From contig NC_059439.1 in assembly GCF_021028975.2 (NCBI RefSeq), positions 23,746,001 through 23,810,000 of the forward strand: a stretch of 64,000 nt of DNA, given 5' to 3'. A program made the position numbers and the translations under genes. The stretch is from Sphaerodactylus townsendi (taxonomy: Eukaryota). Shown piece by piece: positions 37,301 to 50,227 of the stretch. The notes below the pieces were generated by a model, which searched no databases, was not told where the DNA came from, and saw only the letters and a list, made by a program, of their open reading frames with translations. How positions within the stretch are numbered: the first letter of the stretch is position 1; each line of letters opens with the position of its first letter.

Positions 37301-39184
37301 GGGGCTTGGAAAGGAATTAGATTTTCAGAGGGGGAGCGAGGCAATAGCTAGGATTGGTAAACATCTGACTGCTATGAAAGATGTGACAGAGAATATTGGG
37401 ATTGCAGGACCAGAATATAAACTAAAAAGCTAAGTCATCCAATCCAGTCCTCCCTTCTCAAATTATCTGAAGTCATATTCATTTAGTTCAGTGTATCCTT
37501 CAGTACAATAGTCCAGGTCAGCTGCTGAGAAAATAAAGAAACAAAAAGTCCTTGGTCTAAGGGCAAAAAGAGCACTTCCCTACCAAGTACACCAGTTCCT
37601 CCCTTCCCAAATCTGTTCAAGGCAGACTTCCATTTTATATGATGAGATCTTTTAGAACAGGAAAAATTATGGCAAAAGCAATATCGAGTACTGACTGACT
37701 AGTGTTCCAGCAAAAGTAGCAATTCTTCAGACTTGCCTAGTCTGATCTTCCCCGATTCCGCATGGCCAACTCACATGGTTCAGGGTGAATTTTTTTAAAG
37801 ATCATGGGTTTTTTGTTTTTTTAAATCCAACATTCTACTATATGTTTTCTCTCAAACACGGTGGTAAGATCTGTGAAAGACCTTTTATTAGAACCAACCA
37901 AATTGTTATCAATAAACTGTTCTGGTTTATTCATCTAGGACCACAAAATCTGGCTAGCACTAACAATCCTGAATCTTTATTTAATGTTACAATGCAGCAA
38001 ATTCAGAACGATATACTGCATAGATGTTCTGTCCTTGAAAATCTGTAGGTTATGCAGTCATTCAAGTTCATCGGACCAGCGCTGTCAAGACCCACTTCAG
38101 TTAAGTCAGAAGAAATCTGCAGTTTCACCCTTAAAGAAATCCACAAGACTGGTCTATGTTGTGTCTATGCTTTGGAAACAAAGGGTCAGGATGTTTTAGG
38201 AGTCGTGCTAAAAGAAATATTATTTCAGATTTTATTTGTATCCAGCTGATAGTGGGAGGAGGAACACAGATTAATTTCTGAACCTATATACTGTACTGAT
38301 TTCTCTGGAACTTTCACAATCACATAAGTGTGCTTAGTTTTGCAACAACAAAAGTGAGGGGGGGGGCTGCACAAGGCAAAAGATAGAAAGCAAGAGAAAC
38401 AAATGAACAGCAGATGAAAATGAATTCTGTAATAATTTTCAATAGCCCTATGTATTTCATGTACCGGATTTTGTCAGGGAGAACTCTTTCAGATTTTTTT
38501 TTTTGTGTCGGTCTGGACAGCATCCCCTAGACTTCCCTCTCCCCAAACCCCACTTTCTCCTGGCCAGCCCGACTCACTTTTACCATTAGGCAAGGCACAG
38601 GCAGATAATGGCAGATTGTCCCAGGTGGTTTGGGGGGGAGTGGGAGCTGCTCATACTGCGGGAATTGCTGCTGCTGGAAGGTTTTAGTCCACCCGAGGGA
38701 TGGATGCCTGGATCTTGAAGAAGCCTCACTGGCCTCAGGCAGGCAGGAAATCTTTAAACCCACTGATGAGAGGGCTCCACCTTGCCTGAGAGGTGAAGCA
38801 TAAGGAAAGACCCAGATGCTGAGGAGGAGGTGGCACCCATGCAGGGCCTGGGAGGGGCAACACTACCTGGGATCGGGGGCAGGGAGAGCACAGCAAGAAT
38901 GAGCAGGTAGGGAAAGAGGTGGAAGGTATATTTCCCAGCCGAGAGGAATGCAGAATTGGGGATTTTTTTGATGGGACAGGAATACAAGAGGCTGAGGTGC
39001 CCAGATAGCCAGGAAGGAAGTTGGATGGCTGTCTCTAAGACAAGAGACAGCCAGGGAGGCAGGTCACTGCCAGCAGCTGGTCTGGCTCCATTCTGAGGCC
39101 AGAGGAGGAAGGCCAGCCCGACACCACGAGTAGAGATAAGGGGCACAGGAAGCAAAATGTGCAAAGAGTTCTATGTAATAAATG

Positions 39185-39770
39185 ATAATAATAATAAGCC
39201 TTTATTGGCCAAAAATTTAACAATATTACAGTACAATGATAGCATAAACAATATGAACAGATGAATAAAGAAATTAAAAAAAAAACAGAAGCTTTTGTAA
39301 TTTCAAACAGGAAATTTGCAACTGTCTCACAAAATGTCAAATCAGTACTATTCAACAAGTAAGGTATCTTGCTTGTAATAGTCTGGCAACTGAAAACAAT
39401 TTGCTAAAACTTAGTCCTTATCAAAGAATTGAGTCCTGATTCTTTCATGCTGGGCATTTCAAATAAAAGAGTACTCAGCATTTCCACACTACCATTATTA
39501 TTACAAAGGGCAAAATCTTGGTTCTATCAATGTTCCTGTATCTTCAATCAGAAGAGCCAAAAGAGTAATACATTAAACTAGGTGCCAGGGCTCTTCTTGT
39601 TTAGAAGGATCTGACAAAGAGCCGAAGATTATACATACTTCCTTGTACTGGACCAGGATCAACATGCAAATCAAAGAATATTTTCTTTTTAGCCACTAGC
39701 ATTTGGAACTGTAAGTCCAACATTTTTTGTTCAACCATTTAAAAGGCTTAAGTAGAGAATAAAGCAGATT
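39185..39770 (-). mobile_element. Decayed LINE 3' end (RTE-X-like)
   Basis: Minus-strand tail GGCCAATAAAGGCTTATTATT; Cys-knuckle remnant C.....E......CP. Confidence 0.55.
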
Positions 39771-40907
39771 AATTCATCAACTGGAGTCAATGTTTTCCTG
39801 TTTCTTCTCCGTAAGGAGATACAATTTAGAGATGAAGCTATCGCTAGCATCAGTTGAGAGTTCCAGCATTGCAGTATACCATAACCAATATGGTAGATAG
39901 TATTGGTCAGCTCCTAAAACAAATATATCCCTGAGTATTATATTTTCATTTTTTATCAGTTTTACAGAATGTCTTATCCTTGTATATGTAAAGTGCAGAA
40001 GCTTAAGCCCGAAGTCCAGTGATTGACTGGAGACTACCAAGAAAGATTTTGCAGTGATCACTGTAAAACCACTTGCCTTGAGAAACCCTGTAAAATTAGC
40101 TGCAACTGGATGGCATTTCACATGCACGTATCCCTGGCATAATGAAACAGGAAGTTAATGATGCGAATCTGAAGAATTCCTCCAAGAAATTAAAATGAAC
40201 AAGCAAAATATGCTTTGTCAATGCAAGTTGCTATCAAAATTCAGAAGAAAATGTTTAGGAGAAACTTTTTTTGATTTCTTTGTAGAAGGTATCAGCTGAG
40301 CTTTTATTATCGAAGGAGGAATATAAAGCTAATTTCTGTGGTCGCAGTGTAACTGTTACTGGTTGTTCTGAAAAGGTTTGAGAATAAATTAAGTGTTGGC
40401 TCCATCCTCAAAACATGTATTATGGTTTTAAATGGGTGGTGGTGGTGGTGGGGTTACATAAATTGTAAACAATTAATTCATTTGACTGCCTTGTGGAACG
40501 TGTGACCCTTCAGGACAGAGAGGTACTGTTACTTACATCTTATACCCCCCTGGTTGCCTTTAGATTCACTTTCTTCAAGTACTATTTTTGGGATGATAAT
40601 TGTAAGCATGAATCTAATTCATAATGAATGCGGTTTTTTACCAATGTAAAGCATGAATGAAGGGTAATCTATAAGAGAGGAGGCTTGAGGCAAGTGAAAT
40701 CTAGTACTGGAGAGGAAGAACCACTGGAAGAGACTGGAAGGGAGTCTGATGAAGACATGGAGGTGTGATGAGACAGATTCTGAGAAACGGTGGTCTAGAC
40801 GAAGATGTATTTATGAAAGACGCACGGAAGCAGAAGCAAAAAATAATTCTAGTTCAATTTATCTAAAACGAAGTCAATGGCAACAACTACAACAATGGTC
40901 CAAATAT

Positions 40908-41174
40908 ATTGTCGAAGGCTTTCACGGCTGGAATCACTGGGGTGCTGTGTGGTTTCCGGGCTGAATGGCCGTGTTCTAGCAGCATTCTCTCCTGACGTTT
41001 CACCTGTATCTGTGGCTGGCATCTTCAGAGGATCTGATGGAGATCCCATCAGATCCTCTGATCCCATCAGATCCCACCAGATCCTCTAAAGATGCCAGCC
41101 ACAGATGCAGGCGAAACGTCAGGAGAGAATGCTGCCAGAACCCTGCCATACAGCCCGGAAACCACACAGCACCC
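40908..41174. mobile_element. Second Penelope-like inverted-repeat insertion
   Basis: Same family as 25137; imperfect TSD CAATGGTC(C/A)AAAT; repetitive spacer. Confidence 0.85.
40990..41032 (-). ncRNA. Hammerhead ribozyme motif (minus arm)
   Basis: Minus strand reads UCCUCUGAAGAUGCC...GGUGAAACGUCAGGA; core intact with a G-U pair closing stem II. Confidence 0.65.
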
Positions 41175-41787
41175 CAATGGTCAAAATGTATGCTGACCTG
41201 AAAAGGTTCATACAAAACAGAGAAGACTGGAGAGTTCTCAAGCAGTAAATGGAAACATGAAAGGTAGAGACAGCAACCAGGGTGCTTGTTTAATTAAGGA
41301 TGCCGTTTATAATGCTCTTGCTTGTCGCTGCATTACATTGAATGTCTTTTCAATATGTGAAGAAGCCTCGGCTCCACAGTACCTGTTTTGCAAGCAAAAG
41401 GTTCTAGATCCATTCTCTAATGTCCAGCTAAATGCCCAGCTAAAATGATCAGGCAGGAGATAATGTGAACTATTTCTAACTGGCACCCCGGGCTGCCACT
41501 ACCAGCTATTGGCAATGCAGACCTCAGTGGACGAAGGGTCTGATTTGGTAAGGCAGCGTCACATATTAATGTGTTCAGTATACTCTGCATGCTATATTTG
41601 CAAGACTTGGGGGAACTCAAAACGGCTGAACAGACCTACAGTAAACTGCCGAACATGTCATTGATCCCTGAATCTGGTTACTATAAGCAATGGCACAATA
41701 TCTGCTTCACAAACTCTCTGTGAAGTCAGCATGTCTGCTTTTGTTTTGTTTGTTCTCCTCAGATGAGATGCTCTGACGGCATGAAGT

Positions 41788-42702
41788 ATGAATGAGACTT
41801 CTATCACCTATTTCACTCTCCTTGGATTTCCCAACTGTTTGGAGGTGCAGATTTTCATGTTTGTTCTACTTTCTGTAGTCTACGCGGTCACTGTAACTGG
41901 TAATTGTCTCATTGTCATTATTACTTGGGCAGACGTGACCCTGCATACTCCCATGTACTTTTTTCTGAGAATCTTGTCATTTCTGGAGATCTGCTACATC
42001 TCTGTCACTCTCCCAAAGATGCTACAGATCTTGCTCTCCAAGGACAAGTCCATCTCGTTCAATGGGTGTGCTGCCCAAATGTATTTCCTCTTGTTTCTGG
42101 GGACAGTTGAGTGTTTTCTTTTCTTTTGGCCTCCATGTCTTATGACCGCTATGTTGCAATATATAGTGCTGGTGTCCAAACGTGTTTGTGTCTGTTTGGC
42201 TTTGGCTTCATGGACGGCGGGTATTCTGATTCCACTGGTGAACACGTCCTGGGCATTTAGTTTGTCCTATTGTGGCTCTAACAAGATCAACCATTTCTTC
42301 TGTGACTTCCCACCAGTTCTGAAGTTAGCCTGTGCAGACACATCCTTGAATGAGATGGTGATGCTAGTGAGCAGTTTAGTCATCACTCTGATACCTTTCA
42401 TGATTATACTGGCATCCTATACCTGCATCTTGGGCACCATATTAAGGATGCCTTCAGCTAAAAATCGGCATAAGGTGTTCTCCACATGTTCTGCACATCT
42501 CTTTATGGTGACCCTTTTCTATGGCTCGGCCAGTTTTATGTACTTACATCCCAAATCCAGTTTCTCTTCGGAACGAGACAAATTCCTCTCTCTTTCTTAC
42601 ACAGTGATAACACCAATGCTAAACCCTATCGTCTATAGCCTGAGGAACTCTGAAGTGAAAAAGGCCCTGACAAGATTGTTTAAAAGGAAGACAATGTTCT
42701 AG
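41788..42702 (+). pseudogene. Olfactory receptor with an open 304-aa ORF lacking the MAYDRYVAIC motif (probable pseudogene)
   Basis: OR motifs [45 protein letters not shown] are present. MSYDRYVAI is encoded at 42135-42161 but out of frame. Confidence 0.8.
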
Positions 42703-42964
42703 ATTGTTGTTTTAATACAGGGATCAAATGTGCGTGACACCAGAATACTGGTAAGACTATTATATGTAATGAAAATATGCTGCTTCCTGTAAAATCAGCT
42801 AAATGTACCTTCCTAAGTATAAGACTTCAGGTACTAGGTAGGTACTAGGTAGAATTAATAATAATTTATTAGAAATATTCCTTGAGTACCATTCTTCATT
42901 TATGAAGTGCTCCAAGTGTGGATATGTGTAAGACTGTGCTATGCAATAATATTTTGAGCATATA

Positions 42965-43830
42965 TAAGTCAAGTCAAGTGTCTATTGTTTGAGCCATTGG
43001 CAATAACAATACAGAGATACATGCAGTTAAAACATTTAAGTTAAAACAATAACTTAGTTTTACATTAAAATATAAATTATTTGTATTCGCGATCAGATCC
43101 AAGTATGTGAATCTCACTCCTTTACATTTACCCGATCTCCCCGATTTATTTCGATTACACTACTTGTTGGACAACCCTGATCCTTCTCTCTGTATGATAG
43201 TGGCAGACCTTCTCCTGGAAATTACTAAATGCCAGTAGATTTCCTTCGTCCTAACATGTATATCCTGTATTGTATATGCTTTTTAATCTGTTTTTATTAT
43301 TGTTGTACTGCTGTCTATGCCAATAAAGGCTTGCTAAGTACTTTGCTCGTAATTTCCTAGCCGCCAAGGCAAAGAGAGCCAACTTGTAAGAAACATAGGA
43401 ATCAATATCAGATAGTAAGAAAATCAGTTTCTCATCATCGGACAAAAAAGCTGTCCTAGGTAGTATCGGCTCCAAAAACCTTTTCCTTATTTCTGAATAT
43501 AAAGGACAGGAGAGTATATAATGAAAGAGATCCTTAGGCTCTTGTTTTCCACAGATACAAAAGCGCTGAGAAAATGGTATTCGTGTGTCTCTAAGCACTG
43601 CTAAAGGCATTGATTGAAATCTAATAGAAGTATAAGCTATTCTTAGGTTTCTTGTTAGTGTAGTGGTCAGATATGTAGCTCTAATATGATCTCGTTTAAA
43701 TAGTTTATACCATGGAGCAGTTTTTGTCTGGACTACTAATTGTCTGTTTATTCTGGCATCTTCTCTGTACACCCAGTCTCGGAGTTCAGCATTGGATGTT
43801 AAAATTCCTATATTCACCAGGTATGCTCAA
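42965..43830 (-). mobile_element. LINE C-terminal fragment (RTE-X-like) with nested + strand tail (~43075-43335)
   Basis: ORF 43251-43817 FCICG...HYILSCPLYSEIR CCHC knuckle; nested TATGCCAATAAAGGCTTG. Confidence 0.7.
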
Positions 43831-43924
43831 AAGGACATCTACAATTAAATTATTAGAAATCACTCCCATGGCTTTAGTGGCTTATTCTGTGATTACAAAA
43901 AAATCACAGATTAGGTAAATGTGT

Positions 43925-44135
43925 TTGTGCAAAATAATATCAAGTCATAGCTGACTTATGGCAACCCTGTAGGGTTTTCAAGGCAAGCTACAAACAGAGG
44001 TGGTTTGCTATTGCCTTCCTCTGCCTCTGGACTTTCCTGCCTGGTCCCCCACTCAAGAGCTAAGGAGGGCTGACTGTGCTCAGCTTCCAAGGTCTGATTG
44101 GATCAGGCCAGCCTGGTCCATTCACATCATGGTGA
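43925..44135 (-). mobile_element. SINE with 5S rRNA-like head and Sauria/BovB-like tail
   Basis: GCTCAGCTTCCAAGGTCTGA...GATCAGG resembles 5S antisense; GAGGTGGTTTGC.ATTGCC and TGACTTATGG tail. Related copies ~49490-49710 (+), ~51020-51187, ~57680-57885 and ~58430-58622 (-). Confidence 0.6.
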
Positions 44136-44756
44136 CTGGATAAATGCAAGTTCTAAACTCACTTGAATTTACATTAAATTCCAATGTTAATTTATTTTGA
44201 TTTCCAGCTTTGAACTTTTTTTTACAAAAATAATTCCTTAGAAAGTATAGGGAATGACCTTGAGAATGAAAGAAAATCTTACATTCATTCTTAGCAAATT
44301 AACTTGCAATTCAGTTGAATAATATGGGCATTTCAAGCGTTTGGGAGAAGAGATCAAATTATATAGGGTACAAGATCTGGCCCAGGTCTTCTTGTCTGTT
44401 TTGACATGTTATCATATCTACTGAATCCAGGGGTGTAACCAAAATGGGGGGCGCCCGGGGACATAGGGTACCCCCTGTCCCTAGGCAGGAACGCCACTGA
44501 CCGAATGGGCTGGTGAGGTTCAGGGGCTGGGCCACAAGGCTTTCATTAAAGGACTCCTATCATTCTCAGTCCCTTCATGTGTATTCTGTCTTCTCTATTC
44601 ATTGTTTTACAGCCCTGAAATGTTAAGAATGTTCACTGTTACTAAATATAAAGAGTGCTTTGTGATACTGAAACACAGTCTTGACAGTTGTGCAGTCTGG
44701 TTTGTAGCTAGTTGTAATAAGCATTCCTTCATATGGTGTATTATCATATGGACAGG

Positions 44757-44958
44757 CTAGATCAGAGTCACTGGAAAAGACAATAAGACTAGGAAAAGTT
44801 GAAGGCAGCAGTAAGAAAAGAGGAAGACCCAACTTGAGGTGGATCGAAGAAGGGAAGCTACAACCCTCAGTTTGCAAGACCTGAGCAAGGCTGTTAATGA
44901 GAAGACATTTTGGAAAGCATTAATCCATAGGATCATCATAAGTTGGAAGAGACCTGAG
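44757..44958 (+). mobile_element. RTE/BovB-like LINE 3' end
   Basis: Encodes SLEKTI.LGKVEG...RGRP..RW.-like RTE C-terminus; CATAGGATC..CATAAGT tail. Confidence 0.7.
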
Positions 44959-46039
44959 TTATTTTTATTTGCGACATTTGTAAATGATGCACAATAATAA
45001 AGTATTTCAAAGCATTCTCATCGTTTTTTAAATGTATTCTATAGTGTGCCCATTTGTCAGTGTCCAAAATATGATGTGAAACATGCACCTTTTCTATGTT
45101 GTGAACTCCTGACAGTCCAGTGCAGCACCCAATCTTTTTCTGCTGTGTACCATTGGAATCAGCGATAGAGAAAGAAATGCCAGTTGTTTCTACCTTTCTA
45201 AAACTTCCATGATAAGAAAATATGACAATATTACTTCCCTCCTCAATCAAGTCCTTTTAAAGTCAAAATACTTGAAACTTAAACAGTTGGGCAGCCCCAT
45301 CCAAAGCCTGCAGCTGCCCCGCCCATAATCTCCAGAGGATTTTTAGATGTCATGGGGAGCCAAAGAAAAGGAAAAATTTCCCAACCACATGAAAACCCTC
45401 CATTGCCTTAAACAGAGTTATACCACCCTGGTGTAACTTTGAGGTCTCGGGCACTAAATTCTCAGCAGCAAAGCATGGTGGGAAGCCAACTAACATTGGC
45501 TCCATCCCCGAGAATGCCCCTGGAACATCCTGAGTCACACTGATATCTCCTGGATGCCAATGGAGCTCTGAAGGCCAGACTTCCTTCCAGTTTGCCCACC
45601 TTGCTGGTGCATATGTCAAATATGCCGGCGGGGTGAGGAAACATGCAAGCAAAAGTTCCCACCAGCTCCATGAACCCATTTGTTATCCTCCCCCTTTGGA
45701 TTGTGCTGTAAGTACACAAATGCCAGGATCTAGTGGTGATGTCCCACCTGAAGTCTTCAGTCCAGTGTTTCAAAACCTTTTCTGGGATGTTGCTAAAATC
45801 GTTTTCTTTAGCTATTTCTATGACTATGTCACACATGTCTAGAATGTTTACACTGGCTTCGTATTAAGTTCAACACCATCACTACCACCCCCTTTTGGCC
45901 AGAACTGTTTCTCCTCCCTCATTGTTCCTTACATCACAGTGATCAAGGTGGAAGACCAGTGCAGATATGGAGGTCCTTCACTTCCTGAGTGAAAGAGGAA
46001 GCTGCCGTTTTCTTTGCTTTCCACTTGACAGCAGTTAAA

Positions 46040-46041
<2 letters not shown>

Positions 46042-46088
<47 letters not shown>
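46042..46088. repeat. (CA)n microsatellite
   Basis: Direct observation. Confidence 0.97.
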
Positions 46089-46090
<2 letters not shown>

Positions 46091-47314
46091 TCTTAAAATA
46101 GAGCCACATTCTTATTCTTATGCTGTTGGTTTACAAGGGATGGATGTTTCTTGGTATCTGGTACCATTATATCCTGTAACATTGCATGGCCCCAGAAATC
46201 CAAATAAAACCATTTTAAGAAATACAGATTTTATGTAATAAACATTTTAAGTAATAAATATTTTTCAATAATCAACAAAGTCCAATCCAGTTCTCAGGAG
46301 CAGGGACCCCGCCATGTTATCCTCAGAAGGCTTCCAAGTAGAACAGAGAGGCAGCTAGAAGACCAAAAAAGCCCTGCCACTCTCCATAGGGCTGGATGGA
46401 GCTACACCTTCCATTTGGATGCCACACCTCTGAACCCTGAGCTGTGGTATTCATGACCCTAATGCCTTGGCCTGCCCACCCCCCACTGTGCTAGCATCCA
46501 ATCAGACTCCTGGGTTGCTCTTACACATCCCAACTTCTGAGTTTTGCCACCATGGAGCTGGGGGTGGCCAGATACCACTGTGGTTGAGCCTTATGCCAGC
46601 AGGGGTGCTGCTTATGCCGGTGAAGGGGGAAAATGTGTCAATATGGCCATCTGCCACTCCCTAAGGACATTCCCCTTGCATCTGTATTGGGCTCTAACAC
46701 TACTATCCTTAACAGAGTTATACTATTTAGGGCCCATCATATTAAATCAATTTGGAAGGGTACAATTCTGCTTAGGGTTGCATTGTATTGTGTATCAAAA
46801 AGTATGTTCGTGTTAATCTTGGACTGCATGACAACACTACTGGGGTATTTTGGACAGTATTGCTATTTCATTATCTGATAATACTTCTGTTACTTGTCAG
46901 AAGTGTCATTTCTCTTGGTTTTTAAATTGTTATTGTTGCCCTTCAATCCCACTATTCACCCCTTGGTTTATGCGGATCAATGCAGAGTTGTTTTGTATGA
47001 GCAGAATGAGAAGAAAGTGTGGCTCCAACATAATAAATAATGAGGGGGGGGACTCAAAAAGGACATGCCCCTTTACTGATAAATCTGCAAAGTCATGCTG
47101 TTGGGAAGAAATACAATACCATCTCCACACAGTTTTTTTTAAAAATCCAACATGGTGGTGCAGAAAGAAGTCCAGTATATCCATAGTTACAAAATTACTT
47201 CCTACTAACCTCATGGCTGGAATCTAGATATTATCCAGCTTCCATTTGGAATTCCAACAACATTTTCTCTACTGCTTTTCCCATCCCGTTCTGAATACAA
47301 AGACACATTGAGTC

Positions 47315-48307
47315 TCATGGGCCCCTCCCTGCTTTTTTTCTCTTAACAATCCTCTGAGATATGGCGAGGTGACTATTTCTAAACAATTTTCTCAAGGAAA
47401 CCTTCACTTCTCTATTTCTAAGGCTATATATGATAGGATTAAACATAGGAATCAAAATGGTGTAGAACAAGGAAATCAACTTGCTCATAATCAATGTCTC
47501 TTTTGACCTGGGACTGACATAGACAATAGTTGCTGAACCATAGAAGAGGGATACCACAATAAGGTGCGAAGAGCAGGTAGCAAATGCTTTCTTCCGACCT
47601 TCAACTGAAGGCATCTTTAAAATTGCAGAGATTATTTTTACATAAGAAGCTAAGATAAGGAAAAAGGGAAGGATTAGGATAAGTGCAGAGGCCGCAACCA
47701 TGTAAACTTCGCTAATAAAGGTATCTGCACAGGCCAGCTCCAGAATGGGTGGGATATCACAGAAGAAGTTGTCAATTTCACGAGAACCACAAAATGGCAA
47801 AGTAAAAAGGAGGTATATCTGTCCTGTATGGACAGGCATGTTGACAGTCATTGACCCTGTAACAAGTCCTAAACAGAGTTCCTTGCGCATAATGAGTTTA
47901 TAATGCAAGGGGTTGCATATGGCCACGTATCGGTCATAAGCCATGGCAGCCAGAAGAAAACACTCCGTGCCTCCAAGGAAAAGTATGAAGTAGATCTGGG
48001 CAGCACAGCCAACAAATGAGATGCTCTTGTTTTGTGCCACAAAATTGACCAGTATTTTTGGAAGGGTGACTGAGGTGTAGAAGATCTCCAGAAAGGCCAG
48101 GCTCTTCAAAAAGAAATACATTGGGGTATCAAGAGTAAGATCAGTTGTTATAATGTAAATGATAAGTCCATTTCCTATTATGATGCTCACATAGATCAAT
48201 AGGAACACCAAAAACAGCAACATCTTCAAAACTGGGAGTTCAGAATACCCAACAAAAGTGAAGTCAGACAATGCAGTGTCATTCTCTCTTGTCATTTTTG
48301 GTTGCAT
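47315..48307 (-). CDS. Olfactory receptor, family 10-like, intact, 330 aa with extended basic C-tail
   Basis: [53 protein letters not shown]; NDT sequon; acceptor CAG (48308-48310, minus strand) abuts the ATG. Confidence 0.95.
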   Translation of the reverse strand: MQPKMTRENDTALSDFTFVGYSELPVLKMLLFLVFLLIYVSIIIGNGLIIYIITTDLTLDTPMYFFLKSLAFLEIFYTSVTLPKILVNFVAQNKSISFVGCAAQIYFILFLGGTECFLLAAMAYDRYVAICNPLHYKLIMRKELCLGLVTGSMTVNMPVHTGQIYLLFTLPFCGSREIDNFFCDIPPILELACADTFISEVYMVAASALILILPFFLILASYVKIISAILKMPSVEGRKKAFATCSSHLIVVSLFYGSATIVYVSPRSKETLIMSKLISLFYTILIPMFNPIIYSLRNREVKVSLRKLFRNSHLAISQRIVKRKKAGRGP

Positions 48308-49041
48308 CTGTTGTAAAATAACAATAGGAGACAGACATTGGTAATAGATATTTAATTTCCACTATCTTGGTTTAGCAAAGCATTTATCAAGATAGTCCAA
48401 AGGTGAGCTATGCCCCTCTAAGCTCTTTGATTTCAAGGGGCATAAAAGGGTATAATTCTGTTTAGAATTGTATTGTTGGGGTTAGATCCAGTCAACATGT
48501 TTGCTCAATCTCACCCAACCTTTTTCTTTACTACAGCCTCCATCATAGATGGCTTTTGTCCATCAATGTCTCTTGGTCCCCAGCATAGATTTCTTGTAGT
48601 CCATACTTCCATTTTCACCTGCAAAAATGTTGTTTGGATAAAAAACCCTGGGTTTCTAGGCTCACTTTCAGTGTCCACGAATTCCCACATTCCCCCTTAT
48701 CAAACTACTTGGGCTAACACTTATTGTATTTATTTATTTACAAAGTGTATATCCTGCCTTTCTGTCCTTACAAGGGCTGCCAAGGCAGTTAACTTTTGAT
48801 AAGATACTTGATAAAATTACAATTATGATACATCATACAATAATTGTGTGATACATCATACAATAATGATACATCATTAAAACAACTCTGATATCTGTAA
48901 TTATGTTACTACAACACTGTCTTTCAACATTTAAGGAAATACATGGAGATGTTTATGGAGCATGTAAAATGAGACTTGGGAAACCCTCATGTACCTCTAT
49001 GGACGACAGGAATACAATCTGAACAACCTCCACCTTTCTAT

Positions 49042-49171
49042 GGCTCATTCCGCACACGCAAAATAATGCACTTTCAAGCTGCTTTCAGGGCTCTTTGAAG
49101 CTGTGCGGAATGGCAAAAACAGTTGTGAAAGCAGCTTGAAAGTGCATTATTTTGCATGTGCGGAATGAGCC
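49042..49171. mobile_element. Palindromic Harbinger-like MITE
   Basis: Long TIR GGCTCATTCCGCACA.GCAAAATAATGCACTTTCAAGCTGCTTTCA and its reverse complement. Confidence 0.8.
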
Positions 49172-50227
49172 TTTGACTAAAAGGCCATATAAAAACACTA
49201 GAATTTAGCAAAAACCAGTATAGGGGTTTTTTTTGGGGGGGGGGGTCAGATTGTTTTTGCATACCAACAGGGACTGTAAGCATTTTGCCTTTAAACTATT
49301 GTACAATGAAATATTTAGTACATTATCTGAGACATGAGCAGATTTCATGAATAGTATGGAATAGCAGGAAAGGAAGAAGCTTGACTACTCCCAAGCAGGG
49401 AAAATCAAACAGGATGACTACTTATGAGAAAGAAAAGGGAATTAGAAAGCAGCTGTGGCTTGGACCATTTGATAAAAGGAAGAGGTCAGAAGAGAACCTG
49501 TGCTGGATGGCCCACACTAGCTTGATTTTATCAAATACTAAAAGCTAAGAACTACTAGAAATATTAGAAGTAGCCCTGATTCGTACTTAGGTTGGAGACT
49601 GCCAAGAAGTTCAGGGTTGCTACACAGAAACAGGAAATGACAAACCACCTCTGTTTGCAATTACCTTGAAGATTCTCCGAGGTCTCCATAAGTTGGTTGT
49701 AACTTGATAGTCCTGACCATTGAGAAGAGGTTGAGAAAGTGTCCACTTGCAGATGTTGCTTGAACTGAAATGGGCTTTAGGGATGAGACTAGGGGTGATC
49801 AACTCTGATTCATTGATCCAAGCACTTTTATTATGAGGTCAAGAGAGTGAGTTAATAGGAATCAATAACCCAGCAACTTTAGTTCCTTTACACTCATTTT
49901 TATATACGCCACTATGATTTGTACCAGTCAATAAAGACTAAGGAGGAAGGTTTATAATATGAAAGTTCTAAAAAATCAACAGCAATTCTGAAAACTTGTG
50001 AAAAAAATTTTTCAGAAAGTTCCCCTCATGCTGAATGAAGGTCAAGTTAATCTCATTTGCCTAGTAGTCAGGGGATTAGCCAAAGGAACTGAATGGAGGC
50101 AACAGGAGGGAACAGTGCCATGGTCCTAGTGGTCCTGCTTGTGGTCCTTCTTGGAGCATTTGATTGGCCACAAAAATGCTAACCTGGACAAGCCACTGAT
50201 CTGGTCCAACAAAGCTATTAATGAGTA

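Noticed and set aside
38500-39170. GC-rich stretch with several short ORFs (similar stretch at 36900-37290)
   Set aside because: No recognisable protein motif or termini; probably decayed TE, but I cannot support a call.
41031-41090. Short interspersed repeats superficially like a CRISPR array
   Set aside because: There are no unique spacers or cas genes and the context is eukaryotic; this is a stuttered Penelope junction.
45285-46695. Two possible decayed DNA transposons (CCAATCC...GGATTG-type ends)
   Set aside because: The termini are too degenerate and no TSD is confirmed.
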